Assembly (NCBI GenBank): GCA_902805555.1
Contig: CADCSY010000110.1
Location: forward strand, 16,807-80,806
Length of the DNA stretch: 64,000 nt
Reading direction: 5' to 3'
From: an uncultured Acidimicrobiales bacterium
Lineage (GTDB): Bacteria > Actinomycetota > Acidimicrobiia > Acidimicrobiales > CADCSY01
The notes beneath the pieces are model-generated. The model searched no databases and had not been told where the DNA came from. It saw only the letters and a list, made by a program, of their open reading frames with translations. This document shows positions 51,816-62,081 of this stretch, one piece after another. Within the stretch, counting starts at the first letter, position 1; every line of letters begins with the position of its first letter. Made by a program: the position numbers and the translations under genes.

Positions 51816-53993
51816 TTGAGCGCGAGGGCGTCCCGCCGGGACCGGGCGGGGTCGGCCGGGGGGGGCCGGCGTCGCCGCCGGGCGGGCGCCGGCTGGCGCA
51901 GGTGGCTGCTGCGCCTCGGCCTGGTCGGCGTGGCCGGCCTCCTCCTCGTCGTCGCACTGGCGGCGGTCGCCTACCGGTCGGTCGACCTGCCGGCCGAGCC
52001 GCCTCGGGCGCAGACGAGCGTCGTCCTCGACGCCGAGGGCAACGTGCTCGCCGAGCTCTACGACGTGGAGAACCGGGTCGACGTCCGCCTCGACGAGGTC
52101 TCGCCGACGATGGTCGCAGCGGTCATCGCGGCCGAGGACCGGTCGTTCCGACGCCACAGCGGCATCAACCCGTCGAGCACCATCCGCGCCCTGTGGGTGA
52201 ACGTCCGAGGCGGCGACCTGCAGGGTGGCTCGACCATCACCCAGCAGCTCGTCAAGAACACGTACCTCACCCCCGAGCGCAGCCTCCGCCGCAAGGCGCA
52301 GGAGGCGGTGCTCGCCGTCAAGGTCGACCGCGAGCTCTCGAAGGACGCCATCCTCGAGCGCTACCTCAACACCATCTACTTCGGGCGGGGGGCGTACGGC
52401 ATCGAGGCCGCTGCCAAGGCGTACTTCGGCCCCACCGCGACCGCCCGGAGCCTGGACGTCGCCCAGTCGGCGCTGCTCGCCGGCCTCATCCGGGCCCCCG
52501 AGTCGGCCGACCCGAGCAACGACCCGGAGACGGCGAGGGCCCGCCGGGCCTCGGTGCTCCGCGCCCTGGTGGCCACCGGCGCGATCACCCAGGACGAGGC
52601 CACGATGGTGGGGGCCGCCGAGATCGTGACCGTGCCACGGGACGACGGACGAGCCACCCTGCGCGGCTCCACCGCCTACTTCGCCGACCAGGTGCGGGCG
52701 TGGGCCGTTCGGACCTTCGGCGAGGCCGCCGCCTTCGGCGGGGGGCTGCGCATCGAGACCTCGCTCGACCCGCGCATGCAGGCTGCCGCCGAGCGGGCGG
52801 TGTTCGAGACGCTGAACGAGCCTGGTGACCCCGACGGCGCGCTGGTGGCGCTCGACGAGCGAGGCGCGGTGGTGGCGATGATCGGCGGTCGCAGCTTCGA
52901 GGAGAACGAGGTCAACCTCGCCCTCGGGGCCGACGGCGGCAGCCAGGGACGCCAGCCGGGCTCGACGTTCAAGCCGTTCGTGCTGGCGGCCGCGCTCGAC
53001 GCCGGCATCCCGGTCAACCAGCGCTTCCCCGGGCCGTCCGAGATCACCGTCGACGTGGGCGGTCAGGACTACACCGTGGAGAACTTCGAGGGACAGGGCT
53101 TCGGCCAGATCGACCTGACCGCCGCCACCGCCAGCTCGGTGAACACCGTCTACGCGCAGCTCGTGGCCGCCACCGGCGCGCAGGCGGTCGCGGACGCCGC
53201 GAGGGCGGCAGGCATCACGACGCCGCTGGAACCACTCCCCTCCATCGCCCTCGGCGTCTTCGACGTCTCGCCGCTCGAGATGGCGAGCAGCTACATGACC
53301 TACGCGCGCCGGGGCAACCGGATCACGCCCTGGTACGTCGAGCGGGTGACCGAGGCCAACGGCGCCGTGCTCTACCGGGCCGAGCCCGAGCTCGAGCCGG
53401 TGGTGCCGGCGGAGCGGGCGGACCTCATGAACCACGTGCTGCGCGAGGTGATCGTCGACGGCACCGGCACCGCCGCCGACATCGGCCGGCCGGCCGCCGG
53501 GAAGACCGGCACCACCCAGGACAACACCAACGCCTGGTTCGTCGGCTACACGCCTCGGCTGGGGGCCGCCGTCTGGATGGGCTACGGCGCAGAAGGCCGG
53601 CGGGAGATGAAGGACGTCCGTGGCCGGCGGGTCACGGGCGGTGGGCTCCCCGCCCAGATCTGGCAGCGCTTCATGGCAGCCGCCGTCGAGCCGCTCGACA
53701 CGGGGAGCTTCGTGGCGCCTCGGGACGAGGACCTCGACCCGACGACGTCCGCCCCCCCGACCACCGCCCGCCGGGCCACCCCGACGACCTCGACGACCTC
53801 GACCTCGGCGCCGCCCACCACCGCCGACACGACGGAGGCACCGGAGACCACGACCACGTCGCCGTCCACCACCGCCGCCCCCCAGCCCACGACGACCGAG
53901 GCGCCCCCCACCCCGGAGGCGCCCACGACGAGCCAGGCCCCGGCGGCGCCCGAGGCGGCACCGCCGCCGGCTGGCGACGGCGGTGGCGGCTAG
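51816..53993 (+). CDS. class A penicillin-binding protein (transglycosylase/transpeptidase), start uncertain
   Basis: AAEDRSF, GGSTITQQ, RKAQE, STFK, SVN, KTGT; Thr/Pro-rich tail. Confidence 0.92.
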   Translation: MSARASRRDRAGSAGGGRRRRRAGAGWRRWLLRLGLVGVAGLLLVVALAAVAYRSVDLPAEPPRAQTSVVLDAEGNVLAELYDVENRVDVRLDEVSPTMVAAVIAAEDRSFRRHSGINPSSTIRALWVNVRGGDLQGGSTITQQLVKNTYLTPERSLRRKAQEAVLAVKVDRELSKDAILERYLNTIYFGRGAYGIEAAAKAYFGPTATARSLDVAQSALLAGLIRAPESADPSNDPETARARRASVLRALVATGAITQDEATMVGAAEIVTVPRDDGRATLRGSTAYFADQVRAWAVRTFGEAAAFGGGLRIETSLDPRMQAAAERAVFETLNEPGDPDGALVALDERGAVVAMIGGRSFEENEVNLALGADGGSQGRQPGSTFKPFVLAAALDAGIPVNQRFPGPSEITVDVGGQDYTVENFEGQGFGQIDLTAATASSVNTVYAQLVAATGAQAVADAARAAGITTPLEPLPSIALGVFDVSPLEMASSYMTYARRGNRITPWYVERVTEANGAVLYRAEPELEPVVPAERADLMNHVLREVIVDGTGTAADIGRPAAGKTGTTQDNTNAWFVGYTPRLGAAVWMGYGAEGRREMKDVRGRRVTGGGLPAQIWQRFMAAAVEPLDTGSFVAPRDEDLDPTTSAPPTTARRATPTTSTTSTSAPPTTADTTEAPETTTTSPSTTAAPQPTTTEAPPTPEAPTTSQAPAAPEAAPPPAGDGGGG

Positions 53994-54469
53994 GCGGGCG
54001 GGATCGGCGCCGGTCGCAACAGGTCCATCGCAGTGCGCACCACGTGGCCCTCGGCCGCGTCGAGGGCGGAGGCCGGCACGAGGGAGGGCGCGAGCTCGGC
54101 GAGCGGTGCGAGCACGAAGCGCCGGTCCCACAGCCGGGGGTGGGGGACGACGAGGTCGTCCTCGGCGACGACGAGGTCGCCCACGAGGAGCACGTCGACG
54201 TCGAGCGTCCGGGGGCCCCACCGCAGGGCCCGCTCCCGCCCTGCTGCCTGCTCGAGCCGATGGCACTCGTCCAGGAGGGCTCGGGGCGTGCGCGCCGTCT
54301 CGAGCTCGACGACGGCGTTCAGGTACGGGCCCTGACCGGTCGGGCCGCCGACCGGGTCGGACTCGTAGACGCCGGAGACGGCGACCACCTCGTCGAGCGA
54401 GGCGACCGCCGTGCGCAGGTGGGCCTCCCGGTCACCGAGGTTCGACCCGAGCCCGAGGTAGGCCCGCAC
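53990..54469 (-). CDS. folK: 2-amino-4-hydroxy-6-hydroxymethyldihydropteridine diphosphokinase
   Basis: LGLGSNLG, YLNAV, WGPRTLDVD, PHP. Confidence 0.95.
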   Translation of the reverse strand: MRAYLGLGSNLGDREAHLRTAVASLDEVVAVSGVYESDPVGGPTGQGPYLNAVVELETARTPRALLDECHRLEQAAGRERALRWGPRTLDVDVLLVGDLVVAEDDLVVPHPRLWDRRFVLAPLAELAPSLVPASALDAAEGHVVRTAMDLLRPAPIPPA

Positions 54470-54471
54470 GC

Positions 54472-54864
54472 TCAGGCGACCCCGCTCGGACCGTCGGCGC
54501 GGCGGGTGAGGCGCACCCCAGACGTCGCGAGGTCGTGGGGGACGGGGGGCCGCAGCTTGCGCAACCAGACGGTGACGGCGTCGATGCGGGGATCGACGGC
54601 CAGGACGGCGTCCGCGAGGCGAGCGCCGAGGTGCTCGAGGAGGACGGCGTGGCCGCTCGTGACCACGTCCGACACCACGGCGCAGAGGGCGCCGTAGTCG
54701 ACGGTGTCACCCAGGTCGTCCGTCGATCCGGGGGCAGCGAGGTCGAGCTCGACGTCGAGGTCGACCTCGAGCGGCTGCGGCCGGTCGAGCTCCTCGGGGA
54801 GGGCGCCGCAGCGGCCGAGGAGCCGCAGGCCCCGCAGCTCGATGGCGTCGGGGCCGGCGCTCAG
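54472..54864 (-). CDS. folB: dihydroneopterin aldolase (probable CTG start)
   Basis: IELRGL..G..G.LPEE...Q, DDLGDTVDY, LLEHL, KLRPP; full domain needs a start upstream of the first canonical codon (54678). Confidence 0.88.
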   Translation of the reverse strand: MSAGPDAIELRGLRLLGRCGALPEELDRPQPLEVDLDVELDLAAPGSTDDLGDTVDYGALCAVVSDVVTSGHAVLLEHLGARLADAVLAVDPRIDAVTVWLRKLRPPVPHDLATSGVRLTRRADGPSGVA

Positions 54865-55373
54865 GCTGCGGCCTCGTCGGCGAGGACCCGGGCCAGGGCG
54901 ACCAGCTCACGTCCGGACGGGCCGAGCTGGCGCGAGAGCAGCTGCTCGCTCATGGCGATGGCCCGGGTCGACTCGGGCACCAGGTTCGAGAAGACGAGGT
55001 AGCCGGCGATCGTCCCGTGGAGGCGGTCACCGACCTCGTCCTGGTGGACGAGCAGCTTGGCACCGTCCGCCAGCTGCCGGCGCATGTCCGGGTACAGCGT
55101 CGACAACACCGACCTCGGCTCGTCGTGGAGGCCGAACGGCAGGTGCTGGTACGGCACCTGGAGCTCCCCGTAGGCGTGGAGGTTGTGGGGTGACGCCAGG
55201 AGGCTCACGATCGACGTGAACCCCTGCTGGCGGATCCAGATGATCTCCTCCTGCCGCCGCACGCGGCGGTGGCTGTCGCCGTAGCCACCGGGCCGTTCGG
55301 AGACGGCCAGGCGGTCCTTGATCACCCAGGTGAAGTTGCGGGGGACGATCCCCTGTGCCCACTTGCCCTTCAC
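54861..55373 (-). CDS. PTP/dual-specificity-phosphatase-fold protein lacking the catalytic Cys
   Basis: GAGGAGG RBS; NFTWVI..LAVSERPG, GFTSIVSL, LLVHQDEVGDR in place of VHCx5R. Confidence 0.75.
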   Translation of the reverse strand: MKGKWAQGIVPRNFTWVIKDRLAVSERPGGYGDSHRRVRRQEEIIWIRQQGFTSIVSLLASPHNLHAYGELQVPYQHLPFGLHDEPRSVLSTLYPDMRRQLADGAKLLVHQDEVGDRLHGTIAGYLVFSNLVPESTRAIAMSEQLLSRQLGPSGRELVALARVLADEAAA

Positions 55374-55437
55374 GAGCCTCCTCCTCGGCCCGCAGCGAGG
55401 CTGCCCGGGCTCCGCTCGCGACCGGGCTCCGTCCGCG

Positions 55438-56208
55438 TCATGCCGCCACCTCGTCCCCGAGCAGGCGGGCGGCGGCGACCGTGGCGGCGACGTCGTGCAC
55501 CCGCACCATCCCCGCCCCCTGGGCCAGCGCCCACACCGCCGTGGCCACCGAGGCCTCGAGGCGGTCCTCGACGCCGGCGCCACCGGTCAGGCGACCGAGG
55601 AAGCCCTTCCGGCTCGTCCCCACGAGGACGGGCAGCCCCGTGGCGACGAGCTCGTCGAGCCGGGCGAGCAGCTCGAGGTTGTGGCCGTCGTCCTTGCCGA
55701 ACCCGATCCCGGGGTCGATCCACACCTCACCCACCCCGGCCTCGATCCCCCGAGCAGCCCGCTCGACCAGGTGCTCGCGCACCTCGGACACCACGTCGTC
55801 GTAGCGGGGGTCCTCCTGCATCGTCGCCGGCTGCCCCCGCATGTGCATCGCGACCCATCCCACGCCGGCGCTGGCAGCGACCCCGAACAGCGAGGCGCTG
55901 ACGTCGTTGACGAGCGTGGCCCCGGCCTCGACCGCGGCCTCGGCCACCGCTGCGTTGCGGGTGTCGACCGAGACCCGCACGTGCGGGGCGAGCGCGGCCA
56001 CCACCGGCACGACCCGTCGCCGCTCCTCCTCGACATCGACCTCGGCTGCGCCGGGACGGGTCGACTCGCCTCCCACGTCGATCACGTCTGCGCCCTCGGC
56101 CACGAGCCCGATGCCGTGCTCGACGGCCGCGTCGGGGTCGAGGAAGCGCCCGCCGTCGGAGAACGAGTCGGGGGTGGCGTTCACGATCCCCATCACCAGC
56201 CCGCGCAC
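55438..56208 (-). CDS. folP: dihydropteroate synthase
   Basis: NATPDSFSDGG, GGESTRPG, DPGIGFGK, SRK, RVHDV. Confidence 0.96.
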   Translation of the reverse strand: MRGLVMGIVNATPDSFSDGGRFLDPDAAVEHGIGLVAEGADVIDVGGESTRPGAAEVDVEEERRRVVPVVAALAPHVRVSVDTRNAAVAEAAVEAGATLVNDVSASLFGVAASAGVGWVAMHMRGQPATMQEDPRYDDVVSEVREHLVERAARGIEAGVGEVWIDPGIGFGKDDGHNLELLARLDELVATGLPVLVGTSRKGFLGRLTGGAGVEDRLEASVATAVWALAQGAGMVRVHDVAATVAAARLLGDEVAA

Positions 56209-56257
56209 CGTGCGATCGTACGCGCCCGCAGCGGTGGACCCGACGGGGCCGATCGGT

Positions 56258-56866
56258 TCAACGAGGCGCGTGGATGAACGCCATGGCCTCGGCCCGGGTG
56301 GCCGGGTTCGAGCGGAACAGGCCCCGCACGGCCGAGGTGACGGTCGTCGAGCCCGGCTTCCGGACGCCGCGCATCGACATGCAGAGGTGCTCCGCCTCGA
56401 TCACGACGAGCACGCCCCTCGGCTGCAGCGTCGCCTCGAGCGCCTCCGCGATCTCCGTCGTGAGGCGCTCCTGGACCTGTGGCCGCTTTGCGAAGCCGTC
56501 GACCAGGCGGGCCAGCTTCGAGATGCCGGTGATGCGCCCGTCGTCGCCGGGGATGTAGGCGACGTGGGCGCTCCCGTGGAACGGGAGCAGGTGGTGCTCG
56601 CAGCTGGAGTAGCACGCGATGTCGCGGACCATCACCATCTCGTCGTGGTCGGCGGCGAACGTCACCTCGAGGTGGTCGCCGGGCCGCTGGCGCACGCCGG
56701 CGAAGATCTCGGCGTACATGCGGGCCACGCGGGCGGGGGTCGACCTGAGGCCGTCCCGCTCAGGATCGTCGCCGACGGCGAGGAGGATCTCCCGCACGGC
56801 GGCCTCGATGCGTCCGTGGTCCACCCGGCCGAGGTGGGGGTCGGTCGGCTCGGGGAGGCCGGTCAC
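56258..56866 (-). CDS. folE: GTP cyclohydrolase I
   Basis: [31 protein letters not shown]. Confidence 0.96.
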   Translation of the reverse strand: MTGLPEPTDPHLGRVDHGRIEAAVREILLAVGDDPERDGLRSTPARVARMYAEIFAGVRQRPGDHLEVTFAADHDEMVMVRDIACYSSCEHHLLPFHGSAHVAYIPGDDGRITGISKLARLVDGFAKRPQVQERLTTEIAEALEATLQPRGVLVVIEAEHLCMSMRGVRKPGSTTVTSAVRGLFRSNPATRAEAMAFIHAPR

Positions 56867-58848
56867 TCCGGCTGGACGGTCCTCGTGAAGCGCAGCCGGC
56901 GGCGGGCGGGGGTCGCCGGAGGAGCAGGGGGCTCGGGCACCGGCGCCGCCGACGCGGCGGTCACCCCCGCACCGGCCCGTCCCTGGGGCTCGGCGGGGTC
57001 GACGGGGACCGCAGGCTCGGGGACGGTGCCCCCGACCCGCCACACGGGGAGGTGCCCGAAGATCTCGAGCAGCGCCGGCGTGTCGAGGGTCTCCCGCTCG
57101 ACGAGGGACTCGGCCAGGTGGTCGAGCGTCGCCCGGTGGGTGGTGAGGATCTTCTCGGCCTCCTGGTGGGCCGTGTCGATCAGCACCCGCACCTCGGCGT
57201 CGATGGTGGCCGTGACCTCGTCCGAGTAGAAGGTGGAGCTGCCCGACTCGCGTCCCAGGAAGGGGTCGGTCTGGCGGGTCCGCATCTGCTGGGGCCCGAT
57301 GGCGTCGGTCATGCCGAACTCGGTGACCATCGAGCGGGCGATCGTGGTGGCCCGCTCGATGTCGTTCTGGGCGCCGGTGGTGGGGTCGCCGAACACGAGC
57401 TCCTCCGCCGTGCGGCCGCCGAGCAGCATCGCGAGCTCGTCCCGCAGCTCGGAGCGGGACTGCATGTGCTTGTCCTCGGTGGGCAGGGCGAGCGTCCAGC
57501 CGAGGGCACGTCCCCTGGCGATGATCGAGACCTTGTGGATCGGGTCGGTGTTCGGCAGGACGTGGCCGACGAGGGCGTGCCCGGCCTCGTGGTAGGCGAT
57601 GATCTGCTTCTCCCGGTCGTTCATGACCCGGCTCTTGCGCTCGGGCCCGGCCATCACCCGGTCGATCGCCTCCTCCATCTCCGACATGCCGATGGTGGTG
57701 CTCCCCCGCCTGGCGGTCAGCAGCGCGGCCTCGTTCATGAGGTTGGCGAGGTCGGCGCCGGTGAAGCCCGGGGTCCGGCGGGCGAGGACGTCGATCTCGA
57801 TGTCGGGGCCGAGCGGCTTGCCCTTGGCGTGGACGTTGAGGATGGCGCGACGGCCTTCGAGGTCGGGGCGGTCGACCACGATCTGGCGGTCGAAGCGTCC
57901 GGGGCGCAGCAGCGCCGGGTCGAGGATGTCGGGCCGGTTGGTCGCTGCGATGAGGATCACGCCGGTCCTGGCGTCGAAGCCGTCCATCTCCACGAGGAGC
58001 TGGTTGAGCGTCTGCTCCCGCTCGTCGTGGCCGCCGCCCATCCCCGAGCCCCGGTGGCGGCCGACGGCGTCGATCTCGTCCACGAAGATGATGGCCGGGC
58101 TGTTCGCCTTCGCCTGCTCGAAGAGGTCCCGCACCCGGCTGGCGCCCACGCCGACGAACATCTCGACGAAGTCCGACCCCGAGATCGAGAAGAACGGCAC
58201 GCCCGCCTCACCGGCCACGGCGCGGGCGAGGAGGGTCTTGCCCGTCCCCGGGGGCCCGAACAGCAGGACCCCCTTGGGGATCTTGGCCCCGATGGCCTGG
58301 AACTTGGCCGGGCTCTCCAGGAACTCCTTGATCTCCTGCAGCTCCTCGACCGCCTCGTCGGCACCGGCGACGTCGGCGAAGGTGACCTGGGGCTGGTCCT
58401 TGCTCACCCGCTTGGCCTTGGCCTTGCCGAACTGCATGACCTTGCTCCCGCCGCCCTGCGCCGAGTTGAGGAAGAAGAGGAAGACGCCGATGATGAGCAG
58501 GAACGGGAGGAAGTTGAACAGCAGCGAGAGCCAGAACGAGCCCTCCTGCTGCGTCGTCTCCTGCGGCACGTCGGCGCTGCGCAGCAGCTCGCTCACCCGG
58601 TCGTACGACTCGGTGCCGATCTCGGTCTCGTAGGCCGTCCCGTCGGTGAGCTCGCCGGTGACGGCGGAGGTCGACTCCCCGACGGCGATCTCGGCGTCGG
58701 CGACCTGGCCGGCCTCGACGCGGTCGACGAACTCGTCGTAGCGCAGCGCCTCTCGATCCTCACCGCCGCCGAGGCTCTGGCTGGCGACGAGCAGCACGAC
58801 CAGGGCCACCACGACCCAGAAGACGACGCTGCGGCGGAGCTTGTGCAC
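56863..58848 (-). CDS. ftsH: ATP-dependent zinc metalloprotease FtsH
   Basis: two TMs, [20 protein letters not shown]. Confidence 0.98.
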   Translation of the reverse strand: MHKLRRSVVFWVVVALVVLLVASQSLGGGEDREALRYDEFVDRVEAGQVADAEIAVGESTSAVTGELTDGTAYETEIGTESYDRVSELLRSADVPQETTQQEGSFWLSLLFNFLPFLLIIGVFLFFLNSAQGGGSKVMQFGKAKAKRVSKDQPQVTFADVAGADEAVEELQEIKEFLESPAKFQAIGAKIPKGVLLFGPPGTGKTLLARAVAGEAGVPFFSISGSDFVEMFVGVGASRVRDLFEQAKANSPAIIFVDEIDAVGRHRGSGMGGGHDEREQTLNQLLVEMDGFDARTGVILIAATNRPDILDPALLRPGRFDRQIVVDRPDLEGRRAILNVHAKGKPLGPDIEIDVLARRTPGFTGADLANLMNEAALLTARRGSTTIGMSEMEEAIDRVMAGPERKSRVMNDREKQIIAYHEAGHALVGHVLPNTDPIHKVSIIARGRALGWTLALPTEDKHMQSRSELRDELAMLLGGRTAEELVFGDPTTGAQNDIERATTIARSMVTEFGMTDAIGPQQMRTRQTDPFLGRESGSSTFYSDEVTATIDAEVRVLIDTAHQEAEKILTTHRATLDHLAESLVERETLDTPALLEIFGHLPVWRVGGTVPEPAVPVDPAEPQGRAGAGVTAASAAPVPEPPAPPATPARRRLRFTRTVQPE

Positions 58849-58967
58849 GACGGGTCACTCCGATGGCGGTCGGCGGTAGGTCGGGCCAGGCTACCGACGA
58901 CATCGTGGTCACGCCCCGCGCCGGAGGCGCCAGGCGCGGGAGCGGCCCGGCGCGCCGGTCGCTGCCC

Positions 58968-59504
58968 TCAGCCGGCGCCCTCCCAGACGCAGATGTAGGG
59001 GAGGTTCCGGTGCTTCTCGGCGATGTCGAGGCCGTAGCCGACGACGAACACGTTGGGCACCCGGAAGCCGGTGTAGCGGAGGTCGGGCACCTCGCTCTCC
59101 TCCCGCACGAGCAGGGCGCACACCTCGAGGCTGGCCGGGTTGCGGGCCTCGAGGTTGCGGCGGAGGAACGAGAGGGTGAGGCCGCTGTCGACGATGTCCT
59201 CCACCAGGAGCACGTGCCGGTCGGTGAGGTCGAGGTCGAGGTCCTTCACGATCCGCACCACCCCGCTCGTCTTCGTGGCGCTGCCGTAGGACGACACCGC
59301 CATGAAGTCGAACTCGACCTCGAGGTCGATGGCGCGGGACAGGTCGGCGAGGAAGAGGAAGGCCCCCTTCAGCACGCAGATGAGCAGCGGCGGGTCGTCC
59401 CGGTAGTCGGCGGTGATCTGCGCACCGAGCTCGGCGATGCGACGCTGCAGCACGTCGGCGGGGATGAGGACCTCGCCGAGCTCGGGGGCGGGGGTCCTGA
59501 CCAC
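58968..59504 (-). CDS. hpt: hypoxanthine phosphoribosyltransferase
   Basis: VLKGA, SSYG, VEDIVDSGLT, VGYGLD. Confidence 0.95.
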   Translation of the reverse strand: MVRTPAPELGEVLIPADVLQRRIAELGAQITADYRDDPPLLICVLKGAFLFLADLSRAIDLEVEFDFMAVSSYGSATKTSGVVRIVKDLDLDLTDRHVLLVEDIVDSGLTLSFLRRNLEARNPASLEVCALLVREESEVPDLRYTGFRVPNVFVVGYGLDIAEKHRNLPYICVWEGAG

Positions 59505-59513
59505 CGCGGGAAC

Positions 59514-60416
59514 CTAGCCCTCGTGGGGGCCCTCCGGGCCGGCCCGCTCCAGGCGCAGCCGCCCGCCGGTCCGTGCCACCCGCAGGCCCCCACCCACGTC
59601 CGCCGCCACCCGCTCGCCCCGGGCCACGACCAGCACCCGCTCGAGCGTGGCGGCGTCGGGGGGGTAGGGCGGGTCGGCCTCGGTGAGCCAGCGCCGGAGC
59701 GCCCGCCGGGCCAGGGGCACGGGCGCGGCCGCCAGCGCCCCGGCGTCGAGGGGGTCGAGCCTCGCCGCCTGGGCGTCGAGCAGGTCCGCTTCCTCACCGG
59801 CCAGCGTGGCGGTCCGGGTGAGCAGGGGCACCACGTCCCGACCCGCCACCTCGTCCAGGAGGGGCAGCACCTCGTGTCGGACGCGGTTGCGCCGGAAGGC
59901 CGGGTCGACGTTGCTCGGGTCGACGACCGGGTCGAGCCCGGAGACGAGGCAGACGGCGTGGGTCTCGGCGCGACGGAGGGCGAGCAGGGGCTTGCAGGAG
60001 CCGGGTCGCATGCCGCGGAGCCCGTCGGGACCGGCGCCCCTGAGCAGGTGCAGCAGGAGCGTCTCGGCCTGGTCGTCGGCGGTGTGGCCGGTCATGGCGC
60101 CCGACGGCAGCACGTCGCGCCTCGCCGCCCTCGCCCGTGCCTCGAGGTTCGGCCCCGGCGCCACGTCCACCCGCCTCGCCTCGAACCGGGCGCCGAGCCC
60201 CGCCGCAGCGTCCCGCACCACGTCGGCCTCGGCAGCGGACCCGGACCGCAGGCCGTGGTCGACGTGCACCGCCGTGACGTCGAGTCCCGCCGCCACCGCC
60301 AGGACGAGCAGGGCCAGCGAGTCGGCCCCGCCCGACACCGCCGCGGTGACCACCGTCCCCGGCGGGGGGAAGCGGCACCGTGACAGGAGCGCAGCCGCTG
60401 GCGACGTCGAGCGCAC
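59514..60416 (-). CDS. tilS: tRNA(Ile)-lysidine synthase (start uncertain)
   Basis: SGGADS, DHGLR, GHTADDQAET, DPSN, RNRVR. Confidence 0.93.
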   Translation of the reverse strand: MRSTSPAAALLSRCRFPPPGTVVTAAVSGGADSLALLVLAVAAGLDVTAVHVDHGLRSGSAAEADVVRDAAAGLGARFEARRVDVAPGPNLEARARAARRDVLPSGAMTGHTADDQAETLLLHLLRGAGPDGLRGMRPGSCKPLLALRRAETHAVCLVSGLDPVVDPSNVDPAFRRNRVRHEVLPLLDEVAGRDVVPLLTRTATLAGEEADLLDAQAARLDPLDAGALAAAPVPLARRALRRWLTEADPPYPPDAATLERVLVVARGERVAADVGGGLRVARTGGRLRLERAGPEGPHEG

Positions 60417-60513
60417 CGCTACCGGGCGCAGGGGACGTGGCGGAGGTGGCGGTCGCGCCACCGAGCCGCGGAGCTGGCGCAGGCTGGCCGCCGCGCGCCA
60501 CCACGCCGGCGCC

Positions 60514-61602
60514 TCACACCCCCGGCACCCCAGCCGGCGCCCGCGCCGCCGACGCCCGGTCGATCCACTGCGCCGGGTCGCGGATCTCGGCGATGCTCGG
60601 CAGCCACTCGGGCCCGACCCACGCCTGCTCGAGCAGCTCCATCCCGCCGGCCGCCTCGACCGCCTCGATGAACGCCTCGCCCTGGGCGTACTGGTTGATC
60701 TTCGCCTCGAGCCCGATGAGCTGCTGGAGGAGCTTGGCCGGCCCCGAGCGCTGCGCCCGCCGCGCCCGCAGGACGTTGCTGAAGCGCTCTGCCGAGGGGA
60801 TGAGGTGGGCGCCGGCGCGGTCCATCGTGACGTCGCCGTGACCCTCGAGCAGGCTCATCATCCCGCCGATCCGGCCGAGGGTCTCGCGCTGGTCGTCGGA
60901 GGCGAGGAGCGCCACCAGCCCCCCCTCCTCGAGGGGGTTCCGTCCGGCCCGGACCTCGTCGGCCGCCTTCCGCAGGGCGACGAGGAAGCGCTTGGGGTCG
61001 GTGTCGACGCCGCTCAGGCTCTCGTCCACCAGCCCGAGGAAGTGGCCGCGGAGCCACGGGATCCCGGTGAACTGGGCCCGGTGGGTGACCTCGTGCAGCG
61101 CCAGCCACAGCCGGAACTCCCGAGGCGGGAACCCGTAGCGCTTCTCCAGCGCGAGGACGTTCGGCCCGACGTAGTAGACGAGGTCCTGCTCGTCGGCGTC
61201 CTCCTCCTCCACGATGAGGAGGTCGTACTGGCCGAGGACACGGGTGGACATCCAGCCGAGCATCGCCCCCACCTCGGCCCCGGCGACGTTCCGCGTGACG
61301 ACGGCACCCGGTCCGCGCTCGGGCACCTTCTCCGCCAGCTTCTCGGTGAGCGGCCGCAGGAGCCGCCGGAACGACGCCAGGTTCGCCTGCACCCAGCCGG
61401 CGCGGTCGGTGACGCGCGCCCGGGCGGGCCCCGCTGCCGGCACGAGCCCCGTCGTCTTCGTGACGAGCGCCTCCGCCTCGGCGGTGAGCTCGTCGAAGTC
61501 GGCCGCCAGCGAGTCGGCGTGGTACGAGTCGGCGAAGGGGTCCCGCCCCCCGACCCGGGCCGCGACCTTCGCAGCGGTGTCCCAGGCGATCGGCTCAGAC
61601 AT
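60514..61602 (-). CDS. zinc-dependent metalloprotease (DUF2342 family)
   Basis: RVLGQYD, HEVTH, MSLLEGH, QYAQGEAF; usual position upstream of tilS. Confidence 0.88.
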   Translation of the reverse strand: MSEPIAWDTAAKVAARVGGRDPFADSYHADSLAADFDELTAEAEALVTKTTGLVPAAGPARARVTDRAGWVQANLASFRRLLRPLTEKLAEKVPERGPGAVVTRNVAGAEVGAMLGWMSTRVLGQYDLLIVEEEDADEQDLVYYVGPNVLALEKRYGFPPREFRLWLALHEVTHRAQFTGIPWLRGHFLGLVDESLSGVDTDPKRFLVALRKAADEVRAGRNPLEEGGLVALLASDDQRETLGRIGGMMSLLEGHGDVTMDRAGAHLIPSAERFSNVLRARRAQRSGPAKLLQQLIGLEAKINQYAQGEAFIEAVEAAGGMELLEQAWVGPEWLPSIAEIRDPAQWIDRASAARAPAGVPGV

Positions 61603-61638
61603 GTGCCCTCCGTCCAGCTGCTTCGTCCGACCGGTCCG

Positions 61639-61797
61639 CTACCGCCGCGGGTACTTCAGCGACTCGACCTTCTTGAGGTAGCCGACGATCGTCGCGAGGA
61701 TCGCCAGCAGCGCCCCGGCGACGAGGGGCACGGCGATCCAGTAGTGCCACACCTTGGCAGCGAGCGTGGGGTCGAGGTCGGCGAGGACGGCGTCCAT
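61639..61797 (-). CDS. 52-aa single-pass membrane protein (absent from ORF track)
   Basis: manual translation MDAVLADLDPTLAAKVWHYWIAVPLVAGALLAILATIVGYLKKVESLKYPRR*; TACGCT 6 nt before ATG; nearly all third positions G/C. Confidence 0.75.
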   Translation of the reverse strand: MDAVLADLDPTLAAKVWHYWIAVPLVAGALLAILATIVGYLKKVESLKYPRR

Positions 61798-61878
61798 GTC
61801 CCGAGCGTACGCCCGGCCGGACGCCGCCGTGTCCGCCCGGCGACCGGGCCGGAGCCGCAGGTCGGGCCCGGAGGACCC

Positions 61879-62073
61879 TCAGGCGGCGTCGATCTTCCGC
61901 CCCCTGGTGCGGGGGACGACCATCGGTGCGTGGAGGCTGCACCACGCACCGTCGTTGTAGATCGACAGGCGCGTGCCGCACCCGTCCTCTCCGCACACCC
62001 GCCCCGCCTCGGCCTTCGGCGACGTCGCCTCCGTGCTCGTGAAGCGGTGCCCGCTGACGCTCGGTCCGTCCAT
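61879..62073 (-). CDS. small Cys/His-rich (C-x4-C-x12-C-x2-H) protein
   Basis: RVCGEDGCGTRLSIYNDGAWCSLH; ECF promoter immediately upstream. Confidence 0.75.
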   Translation of the reverse strand: MDGPSVSGHRFTSTEATSPKAEAGRVCGEDGCGTRLSIYNDGAWCSLHAPMVVPRTRGRKIDAA

Positions 62074-62081
62074 GGACCGTG

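Noticed and set aside
53740-53990. Thr/Pro-rich repeats in the PBP tail (and acidic repeats at 13340-13410 and 26900-27130)
   Set aside because: Ordinary low-complexity linkers of actinobacterial envelope proteins.
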